A stretch of 64,000 bases of DNA from NCBI GenBank assembly GCA_965206315.1, contig OZ242210.1, positions 1,730,822 through 1,794,821 on the forward strand, given 5' to 3'. Position 1 is the first letter of the stretch. Every line of letters starts with the position of its first letter. Below, one piece after another: positions 1-10,043 of this stretch. The notes under the pieces were generated by a model, which was not told the origin of the DNA, did no database searches, and saw only the letters and a program-made list of their open reading frames with translations. Made by a program: the position numbers and the translations under genes. Source of the stretch: Dehalococcoidia bacterium (GTDB lineage: Bacteria; Chloroflexota; Dehalococcoidia; Lucifugimonadales; Australimonadaceae).

Positions 1-165
1 ATGGACCCGTGCGGCCATGACCTGGCGTTCCATGAGGTGGCGTCGGAGTTCCGGCGCCATTTCCCCTGGGCCATAGCGGTGGGCGTCCAACTCTTGGTGG
101 ATTGCCGACAACTCGTTCAGCGACTCGCGAATGGCAGGCGTGAGCCTGAAGTTCGTGTAAAGCAT
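1..165 (-). CDS. hypothetical protein, N-terminal ~55 codons only (gene continues past the left edge)
   Basis: Reverse strand from ATG at 165 reads MLYTNFRLTPAIRESLNELSAIHQELDAHRYGPGEMAPELRRHLMERQVMAARVH. It is open to position 1 and has a purine-rich stretch upstream. No recognisable motif. Confidence 0.25.
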   Translation of the reverse strand, partial: MLYTNFRLTPAIRESLNELSAIHQELDAHRYGPGEMAPELRRHLMERQVMAARVH

Positions 166-301
166 GCACTGTCTTTCCTTCCGCTTGGCGGCGTGGCTGC
201 CCTCAGCCAGTGTAGCGCCCGCGCGAGCACCGTCCAAGGAGTGTATGGCAGGGCGTGGCGAGGCTAGCGGTGCCGTACTAGGCTGCCTATAATCCGCGTC
301 A

Positions 302-511
302 ATGGCGGAGATACAGTCAGACCCTAGCGACTTGATCTCCCTACGGGAGGCAGCTGAACTCTCCGGCTATTCCCTGTCCCACCTGAGGCACCTGGTTGCC
401 ATTGGCAACCTGTGGGGCAGGAAGATTGGCCGCAACTACATCACGTCGCGTGCGGCAGTTGAGAAGTACAGGCAGTCCCCTCCTCCCCCTGGTCGGCCAA
501 AGGAGGGTTGA
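302..511 (+). CDS. small helix-turn-helix DNA-binding protein (excisionase/MerR-like HTH); candidate controller of the downstream module
   Basis: 69 aa. LISLREAAELSGYSLSHLRHLVAIGNLWGRKIGRNYIT looks like an HTH_17-type motif. Its stop codon lies inside the -35 box of the next promoter. Confidence 0.65.
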   Translation: MAEIQSDPSDLISLREAAELSGYSLSHLRHLVAIGNLWGRKIGRNYITSRAAVEKYRQSPPPPGRPKEG

Positions 512-544
512 CAATATAAGCGATACCGCTTATATTACTGTCAA
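508..544 (+). promoter_or_regulatory. sigma70-like promoter TTGACA-17nt-TATATT with an embedded perfect palindrome (candidate operator)
   Basis: TTGACA at 508-513 and TATATT at 531-536. ATATAAGCG (514-522) and CGCTTATAT (527-535) are perfect inverted repeats. The outer TTGACA/TGTCAA (539-544) pair is also inverted. Confidence 0.5.
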
Positions 545-573
545 GACAGCTCATGCAGACAGGGGGATGCATC

Positions 574-1050
574 ATGCCAAAGTACTATGTGACGTACTCC
601 GCCAAGGGAGCTAGGCATAGGGTTGAGGTCGAGGCTCCGACCAGCACCAAGGCTGTGCGTATCGCGCGAGAGATGGCCCGCGCTGAAGGACTCGGACGTG
701 TGATGCTCAACTTGGTTGAGCAAGAAGACCCTCACCTGCTATCTGACGTTGATCAAGACAAGGTAGACAGAGAGATCGCTGAGCAGTTGGTGGCGACGCG
801 TGGCCGGGCCCTTACGGTGGAGGAGATAAACGTCTCGATATGGGAAATTATTGGCGAGGTACCTCTTCGGGCCGTTGAAAGGGACGGGCACATTCTCTTG
901 GATGACGGCGTGCACGAAACTGCTGATGGGGACGACCTCTCGTGGAACGAACTGTTCATCCTCGTCTACGAATGGGCGGTTTTCACCGGAGAGACCTCTG
1001 AGTCCTTTGAGGGATTCATTGAACTCTACGAGATGCCTATCTGGGAGTAG
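574..1050 (+). CDS. hypothetical acidic protein, no recognised domain
   Basis: ORF 553..1050. ATG at 574 (MPKYYVTYS) has AGGGGGA about 7 nt upstream. It lies 5 nt from the next gene and has island-like lower G+C. Confidence 0.55.
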   Translation: MPKYYVTYSAKGARHRVEVEAPTSTKAVRIAREMARAEGLGRVMLNLVEQEDPHLLSDVDQDKVDREIAEQLVATRGRALTVEEINVSIWEIIGEVPLRAVERDGHILLDDGVHETADGDDLSWNELFILVYEWAVFTGETSESFEGFIELYEMPIWE

Positions 1051-1055
1051 CATCC

Positions 1056-2099
1056 ATGCCTTCTAAACGCTCGACACGCAAATCCAAAGCCGGCACTGCC
1101 GACCTGAAAGAGACAGTGGTGCCGTATGTGGCCTCTCCACCATCTGTGCCTGTCCGCAGCCGGACCCTGGTGACCGGCCTCCGCAAGATGAAGGAGGTCA
1201 CTTGGGTTCACTACACCAAGTTCCTGAAGGACTACGAGACGGTATTGGTTGAAGGCAAGGATATCCGTCTCGAAGGGGGCCGAAGAATCAAAACGTTCGG
1301 ACCGGAGCAGGACGAGGAGCAGCAGACGACGGTCTGGTCGTTTCCCGACCGCGGGCGTTGGGCGACACATAAGGCGAGTTACAGGGGTAACTGGTCGCCG
1401 TGGGTGCCAAGGAACCTGATTCTCAAATACAGCGAACCAGGCGACACGGTGCTTGACCAGATGGTCGGCGGCGGCACAACACTTGTGGAGTGCAAGCTGC
1501 TGGGGCGCCGTGGGATAGGCGTGGACATCAGCCGTAATTCGCTCATGCTTGCCATGGACAGGTTGAACTTTCACCTACCACTCCCCGAGGATGGTGCGCC
1601 TGACGAACTGCCTCCGGAGATAAAGCTGTTTGAGGGAGATGCACGAAGCCTCAATGCGATCCCGTCAGACAGCGTTGACCTGATAGCGACTCACCCGCCG
1701 TATGCCAACATTATCCCGTACTCCAAGGCCGCGCCTATCGAGGGTGATCTGTCGCAGGTGCACACACTCAACGAGTTCTTTGATGGAATGGCAGTGGTCG
1801 CTGCTGAGAGCCTCCGTGTGCTCAAGCCTGGCGGCTACGCAGGCATCCTGATAGGAGATACGCACAAGCACGCACACTATGTCCCAATGGCATATCGCAC
1901 GCTGGAAGCGTTTCTACGGGCGGGGTTCATCCTCAAAGAGGACGTCATCAAACTTCAGCACAACGTGGAGACTGCCCGCACGCGCTGGCGCCCTTGGTTC
2001 CTGACGAACTTCCTCCAGACGATGCATGAGCACCTGTTCATCTTCCGGAAGCTGCGCCCTGAGGAGGATGAACGGAAGTTCGCGGCGAGCAGGTTCTAG
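1056..2099 (+). CDS. DNA amino-methyltransferase (N6-adenine/N4-cytosine class)
   Basis: AdoMet motif VLDQMVGGGTTLVEC precedes the catalytic DLIATHPPYANII (D/S-PPY variant). The HKASYRGNWSP segment resembles the HPxxFP segment of PF01555-type MTases. Confidence 0.8.
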   Translation: MPSKRSTRKSKAGTADLKETVVPYVASPPSVPVRSRTLVTGLRKMKEVTWVHYTKFLKDYETVLVEGKDIRLEGGRRIKTFGPEQDEEQQTTVWSFPDRGRWATHKASYRGNWSPWVPRNLILKYSEPGDTVLDQMVGGGTTLVECKLLGRRGIGVDISRNSLMLAMDRLNFHLPLPEDGAPDELPPEIKLFEGDARSLNAIPSDSVDLIATHPPYANIIPYSKAAPIEGDLSQVHTLNEFFDGMAVVAAESLRVLKPGGYAGILIGDTHKHAHYVPMAYRTLEAFLRAGFILKEDVIKLQHNVETARTRWRPWFLTNFLQTMHEHLFIFRKLRPEEDERKFAASRF

Positions 2100-2140
2100 G
2101 TAGACACGTTGAATGAAGCCCTCTAGAATCGCATGCCGTA

Positions 2141-3172
2141 ATGGCGGAGATTCGAATTATAGACAATGCTAGTCGGCCTGCTGGCGACGAGCTTAGGGAG
2201 AGCTTGGAGTGGGCTTCCCATGTTCGCATTGCAACTGCATTTGCGAAAGGGTCAGGTGTATCTAGGCTTCTTGACTCGTTCAGACGGGTTCTTTCCGACG
2301 GTGGAGAGTTGAGAGTAGTCTACGGCCTAGATTTCCATATTACCGATCCCCAGGCGATTGAACAGTTCAGAAGATTGGCTGATGACTATCCCAGCACGGT
2401 CATCCATCGCGCATACTCAGAGTGGGGTTTGGCCTTAAGTCAAGCATTCCACCCCAAGCTCTACATTTGCACCGGCGCTACAGGGGATGCCCAGGTACTG
2501 ACTGGATCCTCTAACCTGACACAGGGCGGACTGTGGGACAATTTCGAAGTGAACACGGTCATTACCGGGACATCAGACGATCCTGTAATCCTTCACGCAT
2601 ACAGCATTTTTGATCGGGCCTTTACTCATGAACATTGCTTTGTGCCCACCCAAGAATATGTCGATGCGTACAGAGAACTATACAGAAGAGCAGCAGCGGT
2701 TCCGCTTACAGCTAGCCCCCCTGAACGGCTGATGGCAGCTTACGAAGAACTGAAAGGAATCGCGGATAGGCGCACACTCGGTGATTGCCCTAGGCACGCA
2801 GGCCAACAGAATAGCGGGAATAGGGAACACTTAGATGGGCAGATGATGCTGTTGCCTATGAACCAAGCTGGCTTAGGTAGGCATAAGTGCTCGTACTGCG
2901 CGTATGAGCAGGCTTACTGGCAAGCCATAGACGACATACAATCCTCCCTAACTCAAGGCTGGACTACTGATATACCGCGTTCGCAGGACTGGTCTCCAAA
3001 TATTGATTGCCCTAGGCACGCAGGCCAACAGAATAGCGGGAATAGGGAACACTTAGATGGGCAGATGATGCTGTTGCCTATGAACCAAGCTGGGAGAGGC
3101 AGGCACAAATGTCCCTATTGCGCCTACGAGCGTGGCTACTGGCAGGCCATAGACGACCTACGAAACATCTAA
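2141..3172 (+). CDS. PLD-superfamily (single HKD motif) nuclease with duplicated C-terminal Cys/His module
   Basis: HPKLYICTGATGDAQVLTGSSNLTQGG matches HxK(x4)D(x6)GSxN. The C-terminus carries two 74-aa repeats, each CPRH...HKCxYCAYE. Confidence 0.75.
   Translation: MAEIRIIDNASRPAGDELRESLEWASHVRIATAFAKGSGVSRLLDSFRRVLSDGGELRVVYGLDFHITDPQAIEQFRRLADDYPSTVIHRAYSEWGLALSQAFHPKLYICTGATGDAQVLTGSSNLTQGGLWDNFEVNTVITGTSDDPVILHAYSIFDRAFTHEHCFVPTQEYVDAYRELYRRAAAVPLTASPPERLMAAYEELKGIADRRTLGDCPRHAGQQNSGNREHLDGQMMLLPMNQAGLGRHKCSYCAYEQAYWQAIDDIQSSLTQGWTTDIPRSQDWSPNIDCPRHAGQQNSGNREHLDGQMMLLPMNQAGRGRHKCPYCAYERGYWQAIDDLRNI
2783..3160 (+). repeat. intragenic tandem duplication, period 222 nt (74 codons)
   Basis: 2783-2871 and 3005-3093 are identical over about 89 nt. 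The remaining ~65 nt of each unit diverge while keeping CxYCAYExxYWQAIDD. Confidence 0.85.
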
Positions 3173-3186
3173 ACAAGCCTAGCCCC

Positions 3187-6153
<2,967 letters not shown>

Positions 6154-6254
6154 GGGGCTAGATGGTATCACCTGCCGCTGGGCTGGGGGATAGGCTCCGC
6201 CCGTGGTGAGCCTTGTTGTCCGCTCATGGTGAGCCTGTCGAACCACGCCCCTTT

Positions 6255-6339
6255 CCGTCATTCCTGCGGAGGCAGGAATCTCGCAGCCCACCTCGCCCTC
6301 AGGGAGAGGTCGCCGCACGGAGGGCGGCGGGTGAGGGTG
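6255..6339. repeat. REP-like hairpin pair (type 1 GTCATTCCTGCGGAGGCAGGAAT plus type 3 CCCTCAGGGAGAGG...GGCGGGTGAGGG)
   Basis: The same two hairpin motifs recur in many intergenic regions of this window. Confidence 0.8.
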
Positions 6340-6365
6340 GTACACTGCCAAGGAGAGACGAACCG

Positions 6366-6575
6366 ATGACAACGCAGATGCCGGCAATAGAAGAGCGCGT
6401 GAGCCGCCTTGAGGGCGCCTACGAGCAAGTGAATGAGCGGCTTGGCGACCTCACCCAGGCCATTGCGAGCCTCCGCTCAGAGATGAACAGCCGGTTCAAC
6501 ACGGTGTACGCCTTTCTCGCCACGTTGGTCGCGGCGAACCTCGGCACGCTCATCGCGATTCTGGTCAAGGACTAG
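6366..6575 (+). CDS. small coiled-coil protein with C-terminal transmembrane anchor
   Basis: MTTQMPAIEERVSRLEGAYEQVNERLGDLTQAIASLRSEMNSRF followed by the hydrophobic AFLATLVAANLGTLIAILV. Start taken at the internal ATG because the upstream ORF part is REP sequence. Confidence 0.5.
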   Translation: MTTQMPAIEERVSRLEGAYEQVNERLGDLTQAIASLRSEMNSRFNTVYAFLATLVAANLGTLIAILVKD

Positions 6576-6593
6576 GGACCCGACAGGGTTTCC

Positions 6594-6959
6594 CTACCGT
6601 TGCGCGATGGGACGCCCCGGCAGGCGCGCCCAGACCTCGTCGCCGCGCACGAACGTCTCGAACGCCACAGCGTCGTACGTGTAGCGGTCGAGGCACTCGC
6701 CGGTCACGATGTCGAAGATCGCCGAGTGCAGCGGACAGATGACCTGCCCCGGCTCGATCGTGCCCCACGAGAGCATCGCGCCCTGGTGCGGGCAGAAGTT
6801 CTCCAGCGTGCCGATGCGCTCTCCGTCCCAGAAGACGGCGACCTCCCACCCCCGGTACTTCGGATGCTCGATCTCGATGGCGAGCACGCCCTTCGCCTGC
6901 AGTTCGCTGAGCGGGCAGAGGTAGTACTCGTTCAGGGTGGTGGGGGCCCGGCTGAACAC
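6594..6959 (-). CDS. Rieske [2Fe-2S] domain protein (ferredoxin-like)
   Basis: CPHQG...CPLHS cluster ligands. Only the C-terminal ~121 aa of the 250-aa ORF look real. GTG at 6959 directly follows the stop of the upstream gene; the start is uncertain. Confidence 0.65.
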   Translation of the reverse strand: MFSRAPTTLNEYYLCPLSELQAKGVLAIEIEHPKYRGWEVAVFWDGERIGTLENFCPHQGAMLSWGTIEPGQVICPLHSAIFDIVTGECLDRYTYDAVAFETFVRGDEVWARLPGRPIAQR

Positions 6960-6961
6960 GG

Positions 6962-7369
6962 CTACTGGATCTCCAGGAGCGGCTGACCGGCCTCGACGGC
7001 CTGGTCCTTCTTGATCTTCACGCCCTTCACCACCCCGCTGCGCGCCATGCGCACGCTCTGCTCCATCTTCATCGACTCCAGCAGGCATATCTCGTCGCCC
7101 GCCTCCAGCTCCTGCCCCTTCGTGACCGTGACCGACACGATCTTGCCGGGGAGCGGACAGCGGATGACGCGCTCGTCGCCCTGCGTCATGCCGCGCAGGC
7201 CCGGCAGCTCCGCCTTGCGGGGCGCGGAGCGCCGCGCCGGAACGCCGGCCTCTCCCGGGTTGCCGACCTCCACCACGTACGTCTCGCCGTCCACGACGAC
7301 CTCCACCGGGTTCTGGAAGAGGTCGGCGATCTCGACGTCGTACCAATCGTCGTTCACTCGCACGCGCAT
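6962..7369 (-). CDS. biotin/lipoyl-attachment (biotin carboxyl carrier-like) protein
   Basis: EICLLESMKMEQSV biotinylation motif (MKM). ATG at 7369 lies 5 nt after the accC stop. Confidence 0.8.
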   Translation of the reverse strand: MRVRVNDDWYDVEIADLFQNPVEVVVDGETYVVEVGNPGEAGVPARRSAPRKAELPGLRGMTQGDERVIRCPLPGKIVSVTVTKGQELEAGDEICLLESMKMEQSVRMARSGVVKGVKIKKDQAVEAGQPLLEIQ

Positions 7370-7374
7370 CCGTT

Positions 7375-8862
7375 TCACTGCAACACTCCGCTGCTGAGGC
7401 GGTTCGCCATCGCCATCCGGCGTCCGTGCATCCGCCACCTGCTGAACTGTATCTCCTGCGGGGACTCCTGTTCCAGCGCCATGGCGACCGCTATCGCGGC
7501 GGCGAGCGCGCTGTTGCGCGCCGGTTCGTTCAGCATCCGCTCCAGGAATGCGTTGTCGAACGCGCCGTTCCTGAAGTCCTTGTGCTCCATCACCCGCCGC
7601 ACGAGCGGGATGTTCACGACCGGCCCCTCGACGACGTACTGGTCGAGCGCCGCCATCATGTGCGCGATCGCCTCCTCCCGCGTCTCACCGTGGACGATGA
7701 GCTTCGCCATCATCGATTCGTAGTGCGGCAACACCTCGTAACCCTGGTACAGCGCGCTGTCGACCCGCACGTGCGGCCCCTCCGGCTCGACGAGCACCGA
7801 GACCGTGCCCGCGGTCGGCAGCAGCATCACCGGGTCCTCCGGGTAGATGCGCGCCTCGATGGCCGCCCCGTGCTGGCGGACGTCGCTCTGCGAGAGCGGC
7901 AGACGCTCCCCCGCCGCGACCCGCAGCTGCAGCTCGACGAGGTCCAGCCCCGTGACCATCTCCGTGACGGGGTGCTCCACCTGCAGCCGCGTGTTCATCT
8001 CCAGGAAGTAGAACTTCTCCTCCCTGGCGTCGTACAGGTACTCGATGGTGCCCGCGTTCGTGTAGCCGATGCTTTTCACGAGCCGCACCGCCGACTCGAG
8101 CAGCGCGCTCCGCACCTCCGGCGTCAGCTTGGCGCACGGCGTCTCCTCGACCACCTTCTGGTTGCGCCGCTGTACCGAGCAGTCGCGCTCGAACAGGTGC
8201 AGTGCCTTGCCGAAGTGGTCCGCGATGACCTGCACCTCGACGTGCGACGCGTTCTGGATGCGGCGCTCCATGTAGACGCGGCTGCTGCCGAACGCGTTCT
8301 GCGCCTGCGACCGCGCGCGCGTCATCGCCTCCGGCACCTCGTCGATGCTGTTGACGACGCGGATGCCCATGCCGCCGCCGCCGTCCGCCGCCTTGATCAT
8401 CAGCGGGAAGCCGATGCCCCGTGCGATGGCCACGGCCTGCGCGTCGTCTATCTCGCCCTCCGCGCCCGGGCTGATCGGCACCCCCGCCTCCCGGGCGAGC
8501 CGCCGCGCCATGATCTTGTCGCCCATCTGCGCGATCACCTTCGACGACGGCCCGATGAACGTGAGCCCTTCCTTCTCGACCGCCTCGACGAACGACGGGT
8601 TCTCGGAGAGGAAGCCGTAGCCCGGGTGGATGGCCTGCGCCTTCGCCCGCTTCGCAGCCTTGATGATCGACTCGCCGTTCAGGTACGACTGCGACGCCGG
8701 CGCCCCGCCGATCTCTATGGCGCGGTCGGCCATGCCGACGTGCTTCGCCTTCGCGTCGGCGGACGAGTACACCGCGACTGCCTCGATGCCGAGACGCTGG
8801 CAGGTGCGGATGACGCGGCAGGCGATCTCGCCGCGATTGGCGATGAGCACGGTGTCGAACAT
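7375..8862 (-). CDS. accC: biotin carboxylase (acetyl/acyl-CoA carboxylase subunit)
   Basis: MFDTVLIANRGEIACRVIRTCQRLGIEAVAVYS, ATP-grasp core and the ...EMNTRLQVEHPVTE signature. Confidence 0.93.
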   Translation of the reverse strand: MFDTVLIANRGEIACRVIRTCQRLGIEAVAVYSSADAKAKHVGMADRAIEIGGAPASQSYLNGESIIKAAKRAKAQAIHPGYGFLSENPSFVEAVEKEGLTFIGPSSKVIAQMGDKIMARRLAREAGVPISPGAEGEIDDAQAVAIARGIGFPLMIKAADGGGGMGIRVVNSIDEVPEAMTRARSQAQNAFGSSRVYMERRIQNASHVEVQVIADHFGKALHLFERDCSVQRRNQKVVEETPCAKLTPEVRSALLESAVRLVKSIGYTNAGTIEYLYDAREEKFYFLEMNTRLQVEHPVTEMVTGLDLVELQLRVAAGERLPLSQSDVRQHGAAIEARIYPEDPVMLLPTAGTVSVLVEPEGPHVRVDSALYQGYEVLPHYESMMAKLIVHGETREEAIAHMMAALDQYVVEGPVVNIPLVRRVMEHKDFRNGAFDNAFLERMLNEPARNSALAAAIAVAMALEQESPQEIQFSRWRMHGRRMAMANRLSSGVLQ

Positions 8863-8880
8863 GGGAGATTAGTGTAACGG

Positions 8881-9107
8881 TTTGCGCTGCAATGTGTCGC
8901 TTCCACTCGTGGATGGGCCCTGCTCCGGGCAACGAATGGGTGGCGGTGCGCAGCGACCCAGGCGACAGAATGCAGCGGCGATGCAGCAGAATGCGACACT
9001 TTGCGACAGGGGGGCCGCTGGGGATGGGGGGGGCTGCGCCCACCGGCCGCTGTCCGTCGGGGACAGCGTACGCGCCCCAGCCGCGACCGCGAAAGGGCCG
9101 CGTGTCA
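8881..9107 (+). repeat. 227-bp direct repeat, copy 1
   Basis: Near-identical to 9355-9579 apart from a few substitutions and a 2-nt indel. It ends with CGTACGCGCCCCAGCCGCGACCGCGAAAGGGCCGCGTGTCA, related to the ~130-bp repeat family. Confidence 0.9.
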
Positions 9108-9130
9108 CAACGCCTCCGGCGTCCCTGCCC

Positions 9131-9180
9131 CCTTCCGTCATTCCCGCCCCCTTCCGTCATTCCCGCGAAGGCGGGAATCC
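9131..9180. repeat. REP-like type 1 hairpin (one truncated plus one full copy)
   Basis: CCTTCCGTCATTCCCGC followed by CCTTCCGTCATTCCCGCGAAGGCGGGAATCC. Confidence 0.8.
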
Positions 9181-9270
9181 AGAGGCGCGGCCGGGCATGG
9201 TGGCCTGGTGTAGGGGCGTCCCTTGTGGGCGCCCAGGGTACCCACGAGAGGTACCCCTACATCCGAACGC

Positions 9271-9345
9271 CTCCTCCCCCTCGCCCCTTGGGAGGAGTGT
9301 GCCGCCCCTGCGGGCCGGGGGTGAGGGTGTCCCCCCTCCCCCTCG
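9271..9345. repeat. REP-like type 3 variant hairpins
   Basis: CCTCCTCCCCCTCGCCCCTTGGGAGGAG...GGGGGTGAGGGTG resembles the type 3 elements at 6292, 9977, 28975 and 45361. Confidence 0.6.
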
Positions 9346-9354
9346 GATTTCCGT

Positions 9355-9579
9355 TTTGCGCTGCAATGTGTCGCTTTCACTCGTGGATGGGCCCTGCTCC
9401 GGGCAACGAATGGGTGGCGGTGCGCAGCGACCCAGGCGACAGAATGCAGCGGCGATGCAGCAGAATGCGACACTTTGCGACAGGGGGGCCGCTGGGGATG
9501 GAGGGGCTGCCCCACCGGCCGCTGTCCGTCGGGGACAGCGTACGCGCCCCAGCCGCGACCGCGAAAGGGCCGCGTGTCA
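9355..9579 (+). repeat. 227-bp direct repeat, copy 2
   Basis: See 8881-9107; offset about 474 bp. Confidence 0.9.
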
Positions 9580-9607
9580 GTAGGGTGGGGTGGGGGAGAC
9601 GTGGGGA

Positions 9608-9898
9608 CTACGCGCTTCGGGGCGCGACCGGCAACTCGCTCACCGCTGCGCCGGTGAACTGCTCCGCTGTGGCGAGATCGAACTGCGCCTGGAGGTTCAT
9701 CCAGAACTGCGGTTCGACTCCGAACCAGTGGCCGAGGCGGAGGGCGGTGTCGCCCGTTATCGAGCGCTTGCCGGCGATGATCTGGCTGATGCGGTTGGGC
9801 GGCACGTTGATTGAGCGTGCGAGCGCGGTCGGGCTGACGCCCAACTCGTCGAGCTCGTCCCTGAGGACTTCGCCTGGGTGCACAGCGCGCCTGAACAT
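9608..9898 (-). CDS. higA: HigA-family antitoxin (XRE-type HTH)
   Basis: HPGEVLRDELDELGVSPTALARSINVPPNRISQIIAGKRSITGDTALRLGHWFGVEPQFWMNLQ is the canonical HigA/VapI pattern. No adjacent higB-like ORF. Confidence 0.85.
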   Translation of the reverse strand: MFRRAVHPGEVLRDELDELGVSPTALARSINVPPNRISQIIAGKRSITGDTALRLGHWFGVEPQFWMNLQAQFDLATAEQFTGAAVSELPVAPRSA

Positions 9899-9940
9899 GC
9901 CGTCACCTCCTCACCTAATGGTAGTCCACGATCTCACCCC

Positions 9941-10043
9941 CGTCATTCCTGCGAAGGCAGGAACCCCGCATCCATGTCCCCTCGCCCCCTGGGAGAGGGA
10001 AGCCGCGCAGCGGCGGGTGAGGGTTGTCCGGCGGGTGAGGGTT
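9941..10043. repeat. REP-like type 1 plus type 3 hairpins
   Basis: CGTCATTCCTGCGAAGGCAGGAAC followed by CCCCTCGCCCCCTGGGAGAGGG...GGCGGGTGAGGG (x2). Confidence 0.8.

Noticed and set aside
1-267. 88-aa plus-strand ORF at the left edge
   Set aside because: Its composition and lack of a ribosome-binding site argue against it. The opposite strand gives a more protein-like N-terminal fragment, itself reported only at low confidence.
6594-7346. Full 250-aa version of the Rieske-domain ORF
   Set aside because: The N-terminal 129 aa are Arg/Gly-rich and overlap the biotin-carrier gene in another frame. Only the C-terminal Rieske domain looks real.
8881-9579. Possible CRISPR array or IS element
   Set aside because: There are only two long units with no short regular repeat-spacer periodicity. 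There is no transposase, no terminal inverted repeats and no cas genes in the window. The REP hairpins elsewhere are irregularly spaced single copies.
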